Assembly: GCA_002633005.1 (NCBI GenBank)
Contig: NMRA01000115.1
Location: 370,104-434,103 of the forward strand
Reading direction: 5' to 3'
Source of the DNA: Phoronis australis
Lineage: Eukaryota; Animalia; Phoronida
Length of the DNA stretch: 64,000 nt
Numbering within the stretch: the first letter of the stretch is position 1; each line of letters begins with the position of its first letter. Below, piece after piece: positions 62,687-64,000 of the stretch. A program made the position numbers and the translations under genes. The notes beneath the pieces are model-generated. The model searched no databases, was not told the origin of the DNA, and saw only the letters and a list, made by a program, of their open reading frames with translations.

Positions 62687-64000
62687 TTTCAGCTTACAAT
62701 ACACTACACAACCCCTAAATCCAACGTAGTTGAGTTCTCTACTAACCTATCTTGCCGCAAAATACTCGCCGATGGAAAGTGTTGGCGACAATTGTTAAAA
62801 AACAGCACAAAACAAAAGTAGAATAGAACACATTCGCACGGTAAAGTCAACGCAAAACCAAGTGGCGGGAAACGCTTGCCTCCAAAACGTCACTTCTGGA
62901 GTAGCGGACGAGAAATTTATAAAATTACGAAAAGCTGTAATTAAGTGGAAAATATGTCTAGGATAACCAACCAACCTTATTTTAGCTCAAAATGACATGG
63001 GAAAATGTTGCCTTCGCCTTTAATTATCTAGGGTCACCTGGAAGGAGACAATGCGGTATCAAATCGGACACGAAGAGGTACTCCTGAGCAGGCGCCCTAA
63101 AGGGCGATGGCTGGGTTAATGAGGCCTCCCACTCCAGAGCCAATAGTAAATCTTTCGAGAACAGAGAATACATCCAACGGGGTTTTCATCATCTAATATC
63201 GTTCGAAAAAGGCGGCTACCAAAGACAGAAAGCCCTCTTCCTCAACCCGATGTCCCACAAATTAGTCCATTACCCAGTCCATGTGTTGCCGCCTATACTG
63301 AGGCAGTGCACGAGTATTGTTGTGTGAGAAGCTATGTGCATGTACTGGCAGTCGAAACTTAACGGCGGCGGAAGCTGAAAGCAGAGCGCTAAGCAGAGCT
63401 AAATACCACTACAATAGTCAATTGTCTGACATTACCCTTATCGACATTTTATCAGCCAAGCAAGTATTTTCATTGACCACAAATACAAAATAATCCACAT
63501 GTGGGCACACATTGCCAATCGTTGGGCAGATGCATACATGTCAATCAACACGGGAAATTTTTATTTGCTACGTATTTTGTCTTTTGTGTAGTGCACACGT
63601 AGCGCAAAAATGCTACCTAGTTTCAGTTATTTAAACGCATTTTGCCGATGTTCATGATAAAGTTTTCAAACCTTCGCCGGCAGTCTCTAATTTCATATCA
63701 CGACCCTTCATCGACAGAGCCTAAGGAGTTACCAAGGAGTATACATGTAACAACACTCACAGTTACTAGATGTAAGAGCCTCTAATGGGTGAGTAGATAC
63801 AGTAAAAGCAATGCATTTTGTCGTTTGACCATATTTTTGTCAGTACTATGGATTGAAATGTTTTTTTTTATTAACACATTTTAATTCCTTGTCATCAAAG
63901 AAGTGTACGCACATCATGGAAGTGCAGAGTTTCTAACAGAAAAGTTAAAGTTACAACTTTAATTACGAATCTGTTGAAGAAAATACAGTGTAGGATGCAT

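Larger units (their letters stand above)
61353..63019 (+). mobile_element. Kolobok-like family B, both ends intact, internally deleted
   Basis: TTAA at 61349-61352 and 63020-63023. Imperfect TIRs of ~160 bp. THAP + Zn-finger ORF on +, convergent Cys-rich ORF on -. Confidence 0.9.

Noticed and set aside
10809-63019. piggyBac classification of the TTAA-flanked elements
   Set aside because: Termini begin AG/AGG rather than CCY and THAP domains are present, which fits Kolobok better.

Overview
Animal genomic DNA, most likely a marine invertebrate (inferred from the repeat repertoire and receptor type), not prokaryotic. It has one intact host coding region: an uninterrupted 870-aa secretin-class (Methuselah-like) GPCR ORF with a somatomedin-B domain (37772-40384). 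Almost everything else is nested, decayed transposable elements. A Gmr1-type Gypsy retroelement (gag-PR-IN-RT-RH, about 4.2-19.5 kb) is split by an ISL2EU-like transposon (AT TSD, THAP + YqaJ remnants), a Kolobok-like piece and a 4-bp-TSD DNA transposon. Three TTAA-flanked, THAP-bearing Kolobok-like families are present; one carries a convergent ORF resembling the P2X7 'ballast' Cys domain. There are also Penelope-like fragments with degenerate hammerhead motifs, Loa/Lian-like, L1/Tx1 and RTE LINE pieces, several MITEs, a 52-bp hairpin satellite and an assembly gap (47341-48058). All family calls come from manual motif reading; no database searches were run.
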